From a virus, in the IMG/VR virus record IMGVR_UViG_3300025816_000002: a stretch of DNA of 64,000 nt; one strand, given 5' to 3'. The notes beneath the pieces are model-generated. The model was given only the letters and a program-made list of their open reading frames with translations, ran no database searches and was not told where the DNA came from. A program made the translations under genes and the position numbers. Of the stretch, positions 17,324 through 27,814 are shown in pieces (positions within the stretch are counted from its first letter, which is position 1; every line of letters starts with the position of its first letter).

Positions 17324-19533
17324 TGTACGAGCAAAGTTTAGTAACGGTATTAAAAGACTATGTAAAACCTAAAGTAATCAATAGATTAAATAGGTATAAG
17401 AAATGGAAATACGGATACAATAAAGAGCATGATCTTATTGTTATAAGTAAGACTGGTGAAATTGGTGAAATATATAATATACAAGGATTAATTATAGGTC
17501 TACCTAAAAAAGAAAATGTAACCGAGTTTGAATCTGACAAATGGGAGTATCAACAGTATCCTAAAGAACTAAGTAAAATTAAATCAGTATTTGATTGGGA
17601 TGAATACCCGGTTGAGTTTAAAGAAAAATGGTATGACTATATTGACACAGAGTTTAAAAGGCGTGAAGAAGGCTTTTGGTTTATTAATAAAGGCAAGCCT
17701 ACTTATATTACTGGCACTAACTACATGTACTTGCAGTGGTCCAAAATTGATGTTGGGCAACCAGACTTTAGGGAATCAAACAGATTATTCTATTTATTCT
17801 GGGAAGCTTGTAAGGCAGATAAACGGTGTTACGGAATGTGTTATCTTAAGAACCGACGGTCAGGTTTCTCTTTCATGGCATCAGGCGAGACGGTTAATCA
17901 GGCAACAATATCCACAGATTCAAGATTTGGCATTTTATCAAAGTCAGGGCCAGACGCCAAAAAGATGTTTACTGATAAGGTCGTCCCCATTTCGGTTAAT
18001 TACCCCTTCTTCTTCAAACCAATCCAGGACGGTATGGACAGGCCGAAGACGGAACTCGCGTACAGGGTACCCGCGTCAAAGTTTACCCGTAAGAAACTCG
18101 ACACCAACGAGAAACTACAGGAGATCACCGGTCTCGATACAACGATCGACTGGAAGAACACCGGGGACAACTCGTACGACGGTGAAAAATTAAAACTACT
18201 AGTACACGACGAAAGTGGAAAGTGGGAAAGACCTACAAATATATTAAACAACTGGAGGGTAACTAAAACTTGTTTAAGATTAGGTTCTAGAATTATAGGT
18301 AAGTGTATGATGGGTTCAACGTCAAATGCTTTAGACAAAGGAGGAGAGAATTTTAAAAAACTTTATTATGATTCAGATGTCGAAAAAAGAAACGCCAATG
18401 GACAGACTCGTTCAGGACTCTATAGTTTGTTCATACCTATGGAATGGAACTACGAAGGATACATTGATTCTTATGGATTTCCTGTATTCAACACGCCGAA
18501 AGATGCAATTGAGGGGCCGCAAGGAGATCTAATAGATCAAGGAGTTATTGATTATTGGCAAAACGAAGTTGATGGCTTAAAGAGTGATCAAGACGGTTTA
18601 AATGAATACTATCGCCAGTTTCCAAGAACAGAGCAACACGCTTTTAGAGATGAAACAAAGCAGTCACTGTTTAATCTTACTAAAATATACGAACAAGTAG
18701 ATTACAATGAAGATCTAAGAAATAGCTCGATAGTAACTACAGGAAGCTTCCAATGGGAAAATGGTATAAAAGATTCTAAGGTTTTATTTATGCCTAACAA
18801 AAATGGTAGATTTAAAATCACGTGGGTTCCTCCGGTTGAATTACAAAACAGAGTAATAACAAAAGGCAACACAAGATATCCTGGTAATGAGCACTGTGGC
18901 GCTTTCGGATGCGATAGTTATGATATATCAGGTACAGTAGATAATAGAGGTTCTAATGGAGCCCTGCATGGTTTAACTAAGTTTAGCATGGAAGATGTTC
19001 CGCCTAATAGATTCTTTTTAGAATATATAGCTAGACCGCAAACAGCTGAAATGTTTTTTGAAGATGTATTAATGGCTTGCGTATTTTACGGTATGCCAAT
19101 ATTAGCAGAAAACAATAAGCCTAGATTGCTTTATCATTTTAAAAGAAGAGGCTACAGGGGTTACTCTATGAATAGACCGGACAAAAAGTACAATAAATTA
19201 TCGATAACCGAAAGAGAGATAGGTGGAATTCCTAATTCAAGTGAAGACATTAAACAGGCCCATGCTGCAGCTATAGAAACATACATAGAAACTTTTGTAG
19301 GCCAAAACAAAGAAGGCTACGGTGATATGTATTTTCAAAGAACACTTGAAGATTGGGCTAAGTTTAATATAAATAACAGGACAAAGCACGATGCTTCTAT
19401 AAGTTCAGGGTTGGCTATAATGGCTTGCAATAAAAATTTATACGCACCAAACAGTCCTGTACATAAGAAAATTTACAATTTAGGATTTAAAAAGTTTGAC
19501 AATAGAGGTTCTTTGTCTAAAATAATAAAATAA
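17323..19533 (+). CDS. terL: Terminase large subunit
   Basis: LKNRRSGFS Walker A region, LLVHDESGK Walker B, GSTSN motif III, GCDSYD nuclease, HDDASISSGLA-like end. Confidence 0.93.
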   Translation: MYEQSLVTVLKDYVKPKVINRLNRYKKWKYGYNKEHDLIVISKTGEIGEIYNIQGLIIGLPKKENVTEFESDKWEYQQYPKELSKIKSVFDWDEYPVEFKEKWYDYIDTEFKRREEGFWFINKGKPTYITGTNYMYLQWSKIDVGQPDFRESNRLFYLFWEACKADKRCYGMCYLKNRRSGFSFMASGETVNQATISTDSRFGILSKSGPDAKKMFTDKVVPISVNYPFFFKPIQDGMDRPKTELAYRVPASKFTRKKLDTNEKLQEITGLDTTIDWKNTGDNSYDGEKLKLLVHDESGKWERPTNILNNWRVTKTCLRLGSRIIGKCMMGSTSNALDKGGENFKKLYYDSDVEKRNANGQTRSGLYSLFIPMEWNYEGYIDSYGFPVFNTPKDAIEGPQGDLIDQGVIDYWQNEVDGLKSDQDGLNEYYRQFPRTEQHAFRDETKQSLFNLTKIYEQVDYNEDLRNSSIVTTGSFQWENGIKDSKVLFMPNKNGRFKITWVPPVELQNRVITKGNTRYPGNEHCGAFGCDSYDISGTVDNRGSNGALHGLTKFSMEDVPPNRFFLEYIARPQTAEMFFEDVLMACVFYGMPILAENNKPRLLYHFKRRGYRGYSMNRPDKKYNKLSITEREIGGIPNSSEDIKQAHAAAIETYIETFVGQNKEGYGDMYFQRTLEDWAKFNINNRTKHDASISSGLAIMACNKNLYAPNSPVHKKIYNLGFKKFDNRGSLSKIIK
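17633..18193 (+). CDS. Candidate nested (+1 frame) lipoprotein inside terL
   Basis: Frame open for 200 codons (17591-18193); basic n-region, hydrophobic LLILLALTT then Cys; GC shift that ends at its stop. Confidence 0.45.
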   Translation: MTILTQSLKGVKKAFGLLIKASLLILLALTTCTCSGPKLMLGNQTLGNQTDYSIYSGKLVRQINGVTECVILRTDGQVSLSWHQARRLIRQQYPQIQDLAFYQSQGQTPKRCLLIRSSPFRLITPSSSNQSRTVWTGRRRNSRTGYPRQSLPVRNSTPTRNYRRSPVSIQRSTGRTPGTTRTTVKN

Positions 19534-21942
19534 ATGAAAATATACACAAACACTAACAGTGCATTTCCTAGCCAAATTGAAAGCAACGAGGTAAAAGCAA
19601 GTAGAGATTACGGTCTACAGGTTTCTCAAGCTATTGAGCAAGAATGGTTTAACCAAGGTAGATCTGGAGGTAATAGATACTTAACAAATTGGAACAATTT
19701 TCATTCACTTAGATTATATGCAAGAGGTGAACAGCCAGTGCAGAAATACAAAGATGAGTTATCTATAAACGGTGATTTGTCATATCTTAATTTAGATTGG
19801 AAGCCTGTTGCGGTAATAGCAAAGTTTGTAGATATTGTCGTAAACGGTATGTCTAATAAATCATACGATATAACAGCTTTTGCTCAAGATCCTTTTTCTG
19901 TAAAAAGCAGAACTGATTACGCTGCTGCCGTAGAACAAGATATGAACACTAAGCAAGCTTTAGTAAACATTAAAGAGAATATTGGTATGGACTTTTCTTT
20001 AACTGGAAACATGGAAGCTTTACCGGAAAGCAGAGAAGAATTGGATGTTCATTTGCAGATGACTTACAAACAAAATGTAGAAATAGCAGAAGAAGAAGTT
20101 ATAAACAATGTCTTAAGTTTTAATAAATACGACGAGATTAAGAAAAGAGTAGCGTACGATTTAACTACTATTGGTATTGGAGCTAATAAAACTAGGTTTA
20201 ATAAAGCAGAGGGCATTGTTACTGAATATGTAGACCCTGCTAATATGGTTTATTCATATACCGAAGATCCTAACTTTGAAGACATATATTATGTAGGTGA
20301 AGTAAAGTCTATATCTTTACCTGAACTTAAAAAAGAATTTCCAAATATATCGGAAGATGAATTAAGAAGAATACAAGAAACCCCTAATAATAGACAATAC
20401 GTAACAGGATGGGGTAATTATGATGAGAATACTGTACAGGTAATGTATTTTGAATACAAAACTTACATGGACCAGGTGTTTAAAATAAAAAAGACAGACC
20501 AAGGGCTGGAAAAAGCATTAGCAAAGCCTGATACATTTAATCCACCTGAAAACGATAATTTTGAAAGAGTATCCAGAACTATAGAGGTGTTATACACCGG
20601 AGCAAAGGTTCTCGGTACAGATCATTTATTAGAGTGGAAAATGGCTGAAAATATGACAAGGCCAACAGCTGACACTACAAAAGTAATGATGAATTACTGT
20701 ATATCAGCGCCTAGAATGTATAAGGGACGCATAGAATCAATAGTTAGTAAAATAACAGGCTTTGCAGATATGATTCAACTGACGCATCTTAAACTGCAAC
20801 AAGTAATGTCTAGAATAGTGCCAGACGGTGTATTTTTAGATATGGACGGTTTAGCCGAAGTTGATTTAGGTAACGGCACAAATTACAATCCAGCTGAAGC
20901 ATTAAATATGTATTTTCAAACTGGTTCCATCGTAGGTAGATCATTAACTCAAGACGGTGAATTAAATAGAGGTAAAGTACCTGTGCAGGAATTATCAACG
21001 TCGTCAGGGCAAGCTAAAATACAAAGTTTAATTGGTACATATCAGTATTATTTACAAATGATTCGTGATGTTACTGGATTAAATGAAGCAAGAGATGGTA
21101 GCGCACCTGCTAAAGATTCACTTGTAGGATTGCAAAAGATGGCTGCTAACGCATCCAATATTGCTACTAAGCATTTGCTAGATTCTTTGCTGTATATTAC
21201 TGTTAGAACTTGCGAAAACATTAGTTTAAAAGTTGCAGACGTATTGCAAAATCCTCTAAATGAAAACGCATTGACAAATGCTATCAGCACATTTAACGCT
21301 AAAACTTTAGAAGAATTAATAAATTTACAAATACACGACTTTGGTATATACTTAGATCTAGAACCTGAGGACGAAGAAAAAGCTGTTTTAGAACAGAATA
21401 TACAAATGGCTCTACAAACAGGAGCAATTGCTTTATCCGATGCTATCGATATTCGACAAATAAAAAATCTAAAACTTGCTAATCAGTTTTTAAAACTTAG
21501 GCAAACGCAAAAGATAAAAAGAGAACAAGAGCAGCAACAAGCAAATATACAAGCCCAAGCACAAGCAAACGCTGAGGCTGCCGAAAAAGCGGCTATGGCT
21601 GAAGTGCAGAAACAACAAGCGTTAACTCAAGAGAAAGTAAGCATAGAGCAAGCTAAGTCGCAGTTTGAAATACAACGTATGCAAACAGAAGCTCAAATAA
21701 AAAGAGAGTTAATGGCTGAAGAGTTTAATTACAATATACAACTAGCTCAGGCTCAGATGGGTGCAACAAAAGCAAAAGAACAAGAAATTGAAGATCGAAA
21801 AGATCAAAGAATAAAACTACAAGGAACACAACAATCTGAATTAATCAACCAAAGACAAACAGAAGGATTACCTAAAAATTTCGAGTCATCCGGGAATGAT
21901 GTTTTAGGTGGGTTTGGTTTAGAAGAGTTTGGTCCTAGTTAG
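19534..21942 (+). CDS. Portal protein
   Basis: 802 aa after terL; VTGLNEARDG motif; Q/A-rich C-terminal barrel helix as in podovirus/crAss-like portals. Confidence 0.85.
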   Translation: MKIYTNTNSAFPSQIESNEVKASRDYGLQVSQAIEQEWFNQGRSGGNRYLTNWNNFHSLRLYARGEQPVQKYKDELSINGDLSYLNLDWKPVAVIAKFVDIVVNGMSNKSYDITAFAQDPFSVKSRTDYAAAVEQDMNTKQALVNIKENIGMDFSLTGNMEALPESREELDVHLQMTYKQNVEIAEEEVINNVLSFNKYDEIKKRVAYDLTTIGIGANKTRFNKAEGIVTEYVDPANMVYSYTEDPNFEDIYYVGEVKSISLPELKKEFPNISEDELRRIQETPNNRQYVTGWGNYDENTVQVMYFEYKTYMDQVFKIKKTDQGLEKALAKPDTFNPPENDNFERVSRTIEVLYTGAKVLGTDHLLEWKMAENMTRPTADTTKVMMNYCISAPRMYKGRIESIVSKITGFADMIQLTHLKLQQVMSRIVPDGVFLDMDGLAEVDLGNGTNYNPAEALNMYFQTGSIVGRSLTQDGELNRGKVPVQELSTSSGQAKIQSLIGTYQYYLQMIRDVTGLNEARDGSAPAKDSLVGLQKMAANASNIATKHLLDSLLYITVRTCENISLKVADVLQNPLNENALTNAISTFNAKTLEELINLQIHDFGIYLDLEPEDEEKAVLEQNIQMALQTGAIALSDAIDIRQIKNLKLANQFLKLRQTQKIKREQEQQQANIQAQAQANAEAAEKAAMAEVQKQQALTQEKVSIEQAKSQFEIQRMQTEAQIKRELMAEEFNYNIQLAQAQMGATKAKEQEIEDRKDQRIKLQGTQQSELINQRQTEGLPKNFESSGNDVLGGFGLEEFGPS

Positions 21943-21974
21943 AATTACAAACAACTATTTAATTATATTATATT

Positions 21975-23174
21975 ATGTCAGAAGTAAAACAAGAAGGCGA
22001 TTTTAGCTTAAAAGGAAAAGCAAAAAAGCCAAAACAATTAGCGAACACGGAACAAGCAACAGTTAAAGTTAGCATCAAGGAACCTTTGGTGGACGTACCT
22101 GATGCTGTTACAAAAGTGGTAATCCCAAAAGATGAATTAAATCAAGATCCAAATGCCATTCAAACACAAAAGACAGATGATAGCAATGCTGTTGTCGAAG
22201 AATCAAAAAACAGTGCAGACAGCGAAGGAGTGGCTCAAGAAGTACGGAAGCCCGAAGAAGAAATAAATTCACCTATACAATTAATTGAAGAAGGTGATGA
22301 CGATACGTCAACAAATAATCAATCGCAAGAAACAGCTGAAGAGCATAAGCAAGTAACTGAGCAAAGAGTTTTACCGGAAAACATAGAAAAGCTTGTTGCT
22401 TTTATGGAAGAAACAGGTGGGACAATAGAGGACTATACTAGGCTAAACGCAGATTATTCAAGCGTTGACGACAAAGCACTATTAAAACAGTATTATAAAA
22501 AAACAAAACCTTATTTAGAATCAGAAGACGTTAATCTAATGTTAGAAGATTACGATTACGACGAAGATATAGATGAGGAAAGAGATATACGCAAAAAGAA
22601 ACTTGCGTTTAAAGAAGAAGTTGCAAAAGCTAAAAGCTTTTTGGAAGAAACCAAGAGTAAATACTACGACGAAATCAAGTTGAGACCCGGCGTAACTCAG
22701 GAACAACAAAAAGCAACAGAGTTTTTCAACCGATACAACGAAGACGCTAAAGTAGCGCAACAACAGCACGAGGATTTTATGTCCAAAACTAATAAATATT
22801 TCGCTGAAGATTTCAAAGGTTTTGATTTTACAGTCAGTGATAAAAAGTTTAGGTATGGAGTTCAAGATCCTGCTAAGGTAGCATCTGAGCAATCAAGCAT
22901 TAACAATTTTGTAAGTAAGTACTTAGACAAGAAAGGTAATGTAACTGATCCTCAGGGTTATCACAAAGCTATTTTTACAGCTACTAATGCGGATAAAATT
23001 ATTAATCATTTTTACGAGCAAGGTAAATCGGATGCTACCAAAGAAATTATAGGTAAATCTAAAAATCCCAGCACGCAAGCAAGGCCAGTAAATGGTTTTA
23101 TTAATGGTTTAAAAGTTAAGTCTGTAACTAGTGGCTCGGATTCTTCAAAACTAAAAATTAAAAAATTTAACTAA
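21975..23174 (+). CDS. Probable capsid scaffolding protein
   Basis: Very acidic, coiled-coil; lies between portal and capsid genes. Confidence 0.65.
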   Translation: MSEVKQEGDFSLKGKAKKPKQLANTEQATVKVSIKEPLVDVPDAVTKVVIPKDELNQDPNAIQTQKTDDSNAVVEESKNSADSEGVAQEVRKPEEEINSPIQLIEEGDDDTSTNNQSQETAEEHKQVTEQRVLPENIEKLVAFMEETGGTIEDYTRLNADYSSVDDKALLKQYYKKTKPYLESEDVNLMLEDYDYDEDIDEERDIRKKKLAFKEEVAKAKSFLEETKSKYYDEIKLRPGVTQEQQKATEFFNRYNEDAKVAQQQHEDFMSKTNKYFAEDFKGFDFTVSDKKFRYGVQDPAKVASEQSSINNFVSKYLDKKGNVTDPQGYHKAIFTATNADKIINHFYEQGKSDATKEIIGKSKNPSTQARPVNGFINGLKVKSVTSGSDSSKLKIKKFN

Positions 23175-23186
23175 AAAACAATTATT

Positions 23187-24647
23187 ATGAGTTTAACTCC
23201 TCAATTTGGTAGCTTAATACCATCTCAAACACAACAGTTGTTATCTACAAACTACCTGCAATTTAATGCAGCTGGTGCTGGTGGAGCAACTTTCGCGCAA
23301 CAATATTTGCCGGAAATTTATGAACAAGAAGTAGAGCGTTATGGAAACAGAACGTTATCTGGATTCTTAAAAATGGTTGGCGCTGAAATGCCAATGACAT
23401 CTGATCAAGTAATTTGGTCTGAGCAAAACAGATTACATATATCTTATCAAGGTATAGGTATCGGAGCTAACGTTGGTACTACTAACGTAATTACTGTTGC
23501 AGCTAACGTAAACAATGTTGTATCTATTAACGATACTGTTGTACTTTTAAATCCTGTAACAGGAGTTGAAGTAAAAGCTATCGTAACAGCTACTGTACCT
23601 GGAGCTGGTGGAAACTTTACAGTTGCGCCTTTTAACGGAGCAGGACTGGTTACTCAGTTTGTAGCAGGAGCTACAGCTGTAGGAGCAATACCTGGTTTAA
23701 AAGTATTTGTATATGGATCTGCTTACACGAAAGGAACTAACTTAGGCGCTGGAGCTGGTAATTCAGCTGCACGTATTAGCGTTGACCCTCAATTAACTCA
23801 GTATTCTAACTCACCTATCATTATCAGAAGCCAATACCAAGTATCAGGTTCTGATATGGCTCAAATTGGATGGGTAGAAGTTGCTACTGAAGACGGAACT
23901 TCTGGATATTTATGGTACTTGAAAGCTGAATCTGAAACAAGATTACGTTTTGAAGACTATTTAGAAATGTCTATGGTAGAAGGTGAGTACAACCAGATTG
24001 CTGCAGGTGTAAATGCTGCTGCTGGATTACCTGGAACGCAAGGTTTATTTTCAGCTATTCAAACTCGTGGAAACGTAGAAGTAGGATTTACTGCTGCTGC
24101 TGGACTTGATGAATTTGATGCTATCTTAAAAAACCTAGATACTCAAGGAGCAATTGAAGAAAACATGCTATTCTTACAAAGACAAACGTCTTTAGATTTT
24201 GATGACATGCTAGCTGCAATCTCTGGAGGTGCTCAAGGTGGTACTGCTTATGGATTATTTGAAAACTCTGAAGAAATGGCATTGAACTTAGGTTTCTCTG
24301 GATTCAGAAGAGGTTCTTATGACTTCTATAAAACTGACTGGAAATACTTAAACGATGCTTCTACTCGTGGAGGTGTTGATGGTATTAGCTCTATCGAAGG
24401 TGTATTAGTACCTGCTGGAACTTCTACAGTATATGACCAAATCTTAGGAACTAACATCAGAAGACCTTTCTTACACGTAAGATATAGAGCTTCTCAATCT
24501 GATGATAGAAGAATGAAGTCTTGGTTAACTGGTTCAGCTGGAGGCGCTGCAACATCTGATTTAGATGCAATGCAAGTAAACTTCCTATCTGAAAGATGTT
24601 TAGTAACTCAAGGTGCTAACAACTTTGTATTATTCAAAGGAATCTAA
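23187..24647 (+). CDS. Major capsid protein
   Basis: 486 aa; QQYLPE...WSEQNRLH, FRRGSYDFYKTDWKYLN, FLSERCL motifs of this capsid family; terminator downstream. Confidence 0.88.
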   Translation: MSLTPQFGSLIPSQTQQLLSTNYLQFNAAGAGGATFAQQYLPEIYEQEVERYGNRTLSGFLKMVGAEMPMTSDQVIWSEQNRLHISYQGIGIGANVGTTNVITVAANVNNVVSINDTVVLLNPVTGVEVKAIVTATVPGAGGNFTVAPFNGAGLVTQFVAGATAVGAIPGLKVFVYGSAYTKGTNLGAGAGNSAARISVDPQLTQYSNSPIIIRSQYQVSGSDMAQIGWVEVATEDGTSGYLWYLKAESETRLRFEDYLEMSMVEGEYNQIAAGVNAAAGLPGTQGLFSAIQTRGNVEVGFTAAAGLDEFDAILKNLDTQGAIEENMLFLQRQTSLDFDDMLAAISGGAQGGTAYGLFENSEEMALNLGFSGFRRGSYDFYKTDWKYLNDASTRGGVDGISSIEGVLVPAGTSTVYDQILGTNIRRPFLHVRYRASQSDDRRMKSWLTGSAGGAATSDLDAMQVNFLSERCLVTQGANNFVLFKGI

Positions 24648-24666
24648 GGATTCAAATTAATGTAAT

Positions 24667-24704
24667 ATTACCCTCGTAATAACTACGGGGGTAATTATTA
24701 CTTT
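24667..24704 (+). terminator. Probable terminator after capsid gene
   Basis: 12-bp stem ATTACCCTCGTA-ATAAC-TACGGGGGTAAT then TATTACTTTT. Confidence 0.7.
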
Positions 24705-24708
24705 TATA

Positions 24709-24750
24709 CGACGATAGCCTACTACTATTATTATATACTAGCTATTGTCA
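24709..24750. promoter_or_regulatory. Inverted-repeat element copy 2
   Basis: CGACGATAGC-N22-GCTATTGTCA. Confidence 0.7.
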
Positions 24751-24780
24751 CACTTACAAACTATTTAATTATATTATATT

Positions 24781-25611
24781 ATGGCTGCAAAAAAAGCACC
24801 AGCAAAAAAAGTTGAGGTTGCTCCTCAGCAAAAAGAAGTGGCTAAAGCCGCTCCAAAAGTAGAACCAACAAAACCAAGTTGGGAAATAAAAGATAGAGTA
24901 TATTTTTTAAAAGGTAATAAATCCCCTTTAACTCTAACGATACCAGGTAGGCATACTAGAAAGCATGCTTTACTTTATTTTGACATAAAATCTGGAAAGC
25001 AAAGAGAGATAAGATATGCTACAAACCAAGAGTCTCCTCTTGTTGATGAACAAAAAGGAGAATGCACTATGGGGCACATAAGATTTCTTGACGGCACATT
25101 AACTGTACCTAAGGAAAAGCAAAATCTACAAAAATTGTTATCCCTATATCATCCTTTAAAAGATAAAATATACCAAGAATTTAGTGCTGTTGAAGAAGCT
25201 GAAGATGAATTAGACATACTAGATATGCAAATTGATGCTTTAAATGCCGCTAGAGAAATGGATATTGATCAAGCTGAAGCTATACTAAGAGTTGAATTAG
25301 GTTCTAAAGTTAGCAATATGAGCTCTAAGGAGTTAAAAAGAGACTTGATGTTGTTTGCTAAAAACAATGCAGCATTATTCATAGACTTAGCAAATGATGA
25401 AAACGTACAGCTAAGAAATGTAGCTATTAGAGCTTCAGAGCTTGGTATTATAATTTTATCACAAGATCAAAGAACATTTACTTGGGGATCCAATGGAAGG
25501 AAGCTAATGACAATTCCTTTTGATGAAAATCCTTACTCTGCGATGGCAGCTTACTTTAAAACCGATGAAGGTGTTGAAGTTTTCAGATCTGTAGAGAAAA
25601 ACTTAAATTAA
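24781..25611 (+). CDS. Conserved hypothetical head-region protein
   Basis: 276 aa after the capsid gene; K/A/P-rich N-terminus. Confidence 0.7.
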   Translation: MAAKKAPAKKVEVAPQQKEVAKAAPKVEPTKPSWEIKDRVYFLKGNKSPLTLTIPGRHTRKHALLYFDIKSGKQREIRYATNQESPLVDEQKGECTMGHIRFLDGTLTVPKEKQNLQKLLSLYHPLKDKIYQEFSAVEEAEDELDILDMQIDALNAAREMDIDQAEAILRVELGSKVSNMSSKELKRDLMLFAKNNAALFIDLANDENVQLRNVAIRASELGIIILSQDQRTFTWGSNGRKLMTIPFDENPYSAMAAYFKTDEGVEVFRSVEKNLN

Positions 25612-25629
25612 CATGTAATCATTAATATA

Positions 25630-25654
25630 GGCCGGCTACTCTAAGTGGTCGGTC
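25630..25654 (+). other. Intergenic RNA hairpin without U-tract
   Basis: GGCCGGCTAC-TCTAA-GTGGTCGGTC, 10 bp with G-U pairs. Confidence 0.55.
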
Positions 25655-25678
25655 ATATTATAACAAAAAAACAAAATA

Positions 25679-26617
25679 ATGGCTATAAACGTAGATTTAG
25701 TTTATAAAACTGTCTTATTAATACTCAATCAACAACAAAGAGGTTATATAACACCTGACGAGTTTAGTAAAGTAGGTAATCAAGTGCAGTTAGGTATATT
25801 TGAAAAATATATGAGCGACTTAAATCAACAGCTTCGTATACCGGAAAACGATAGCGAATATGCCAATAGAGTAAAAAATATTGATGAAAAAATCGATATA
25901 TTTAAAAGAATAGGACCTGCTACGTACAGCGCTCCTTATTTTAACTTACCTACAACAGCGACCACTGCTACTACTACGCAAACATTTACAGTGCCAGCTT
26001 TGCCAAACCCTGCTACAAATAAAATATATAACGTAACTAATTGGTCAGCATCTCAATCACAAGAAGCTGTAATTAAGGTGTATAAAAACGGGGTACTGCA
26101 AACTTCTCCAGCACAGTACTCATTTAATACAACATCGAATAATATAGTTTTTGTTACGGCGCCTGCTATTAATGAAGTTATAGTTGCAGAGTTGTATCCA
26201 TCAGATTTTTATAGACTAGGTACCGTTATATACAATGACACAGTGGAAGCTCAAATGGTAGATAGAAATGAATGGTATAAAATAAAGAAAGCACCGCTAA
26301 TAGCACCTACAACTTCTCAACCGGTGTTCTTATATGAAAATAACAAAATAGAATTATTTCCTACATCTATTACTTCAAATGTACAGGTTTCCTATATAAA
26401 GAAACCTAACCAAGTACAATGGGGATACTCTATTGGATCTTTAGGTCAGTTCTTATATGACCCATCATCCTCTACAAACTTTGAATTGCATACCTCAGAG
26501 CAAGTAGATTTAATAAGCGGTATACTTGTGTACTCTGGAGTTATAATACAGGACCCTACTATAATACAAGTAGCATCTCAACAAGTTCAACAAGAAGACA
26601 TTAACGAAAAATCATAA
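25679..26617 (+). CDS. Tail ring/adaptor protein with inserted beta module
   Basis: Position; KTVLLILNQQQRGYITPDEF start; inserted VYKNGVLQ...Y...IVFVTAP module. Confidence 0.65.
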   Translation: MAINVDLVYKTVLLILNQQQRGYITPDEFSKVGNQVQLGIFEKYMSDLNQQLRIPENDSEYANRVKNIDEKIDIFKRIGPATYSAPYFNLPTTATTATTTQTFTVPALPNPATNKIYNVTNWSASQSQEAVIKVYKNGVLQTSPAQYSFNTTSNNIVFVTAPAINEVIVAELYPSDFYRLGTVIYNDTVEAQMVDRNEWYKIKKAPLIAPTTSQPVFLYENNKIELFPTSITSNVQVSYIKKPNQVQWGYSIGSLGQFLYDPSSSTNFELHTSEQVDLISGILVYSGVIIQDPTIIQVASQQVQQEDINEKS

Positions 26618-26623
26618 TAAACC

Positions 26624-27808
26624 ATGGGTTTAATCACTGAAAATAATCAACAGTATTATGCAGGTTCTCAGCAATTTGTATCTGCTGCAGGAACAAATCA
26701 AAAATTTACAACTACTTTTGATACTAATTTAGTTTTTGGTAGCTACGATCCTTTGCAGGTTAATTATGCTTTAAACAATTTTAAATTATACACAGCTCCA
26801 GCTGGATCATTAACATATACGGAATACGTATCACCTTATACGGTAACTGGTAATGAAATTGAAATAGCCGCTAACTTAGTTTTAAACACCAATGTTGTTG
26901 TTCAATTAAAATCTACAAACGGAGGTAATTATGGTAACAAGGATGCGTTTGGTCAAGCAGTAGAAAACAACTATGATAGCTACTCTTATATTAAATTAGA
27001 TGAATTAATTAATAACTTTCAAATAGCCTACGTGGGAACAGGTAAATTAATACCTAGCTGTAAAAGAACAGATATTATATTTCACGCTAAAAGAGGTTTA
27101 CAAGAATTTAGTTATGATACTTTAAAGAGCATAAAGTCTCAAGAATTAACTATACCTCCAGGGCTTAGTGTAGTTATACCTCAGGACTATGTAAACTACG
27201 TTAAAGTTTCTTGGATAGATAAGTTAGGAATCAAAAGACCTATTTATCCTGCGAACAATTTAACTATAAACCCATACAGTACTCCAACACAGGATAGTCT
27301 AGGCATACCAATACAAGATAGTTTTGGAAACAACATACAAGGGACATCGATAACAGAAGACAGATGGGCTAGTGATCCGGTAATAAATGAAGATCTTTTC
27401 GGATATAACAGAGACGAACTTTTAGGTAGAGGATATGGGTATGGTCAAATGTATGGTATGGATCCACAATATTCTCAAGCAAACGGTTGGTTTACTATAA
27501 ATGACAGGGAAGGTAAAATGTCTTTTTCAAGCAATTTAGCTAATAAGTTAATTGTTTTAGAATACATTTCAGACGGTTTAGCTTATGATATGGATACTAG
27601 AATACCAAAGATGGCAGAAGAAGCTCTATATGCTCATATAAGCCACGCTGTCGTAGCTTCTAGAATAAACCAACCTGAATATATAGTTAGAAGATTAAAA
27701 CAAGATAGAAGCGCTAAATTAAGAAATGCTAAAATAAGATTATCTAACATTAAGCTTGATGAAATAGTTCAAGTAATGAGAGGTAAATCTAAATGGATTA
27801 AACATTAG
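26624..27808 (+). CDS. Tail ring/adaptor protein
   Basis: Position; HAKRGLQEFSYD, PQDYVNYVK, LEYISDGL, PKMAEEALY motifs. Confidence 0.65.
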   Translation: MGLITENNQQYYAGSQQFVSAAGTNQKFTTTFDTNLVFGSYDPLQVNYALNNFKLYTAPAGSLTYTEYVSPYTVTGNEIEIAANLVLNTNVVVQLKSTNGGNYGNKDAFGQAVENNYDSYSYIKLDELINNFQIAYVGTGKLIPSCKRTDIIFHAKRGLQEFSYDTLKSIKSQELTIPPGLSVVIPQDYVNYVKVSWIDKLGIKRPIYPANNLTINPYSTPTQDSLGIPIQDSFGNNIQGTSITEDRWASDPVINEDLFGYNRDELLGRGYGYGQMYGMDPQYSQANGWFTINDREGKMSFSSNLANKLIVLEYISDGLAYDMDTRIPKMAEEALYAHISHAVVASRINQPEYIVRRLKQDRSAKLRNAKIRLSNIKLDEIVQVMRGKSKWIKH

Positions 27809-27814
27809 AATTAA

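Noticed and set aside
24662-25619. GTAAT at 24662 and 25615 as further late promoters
   Set aside because: The upstream GTAA box is missing or weak at the 14-nt spacing
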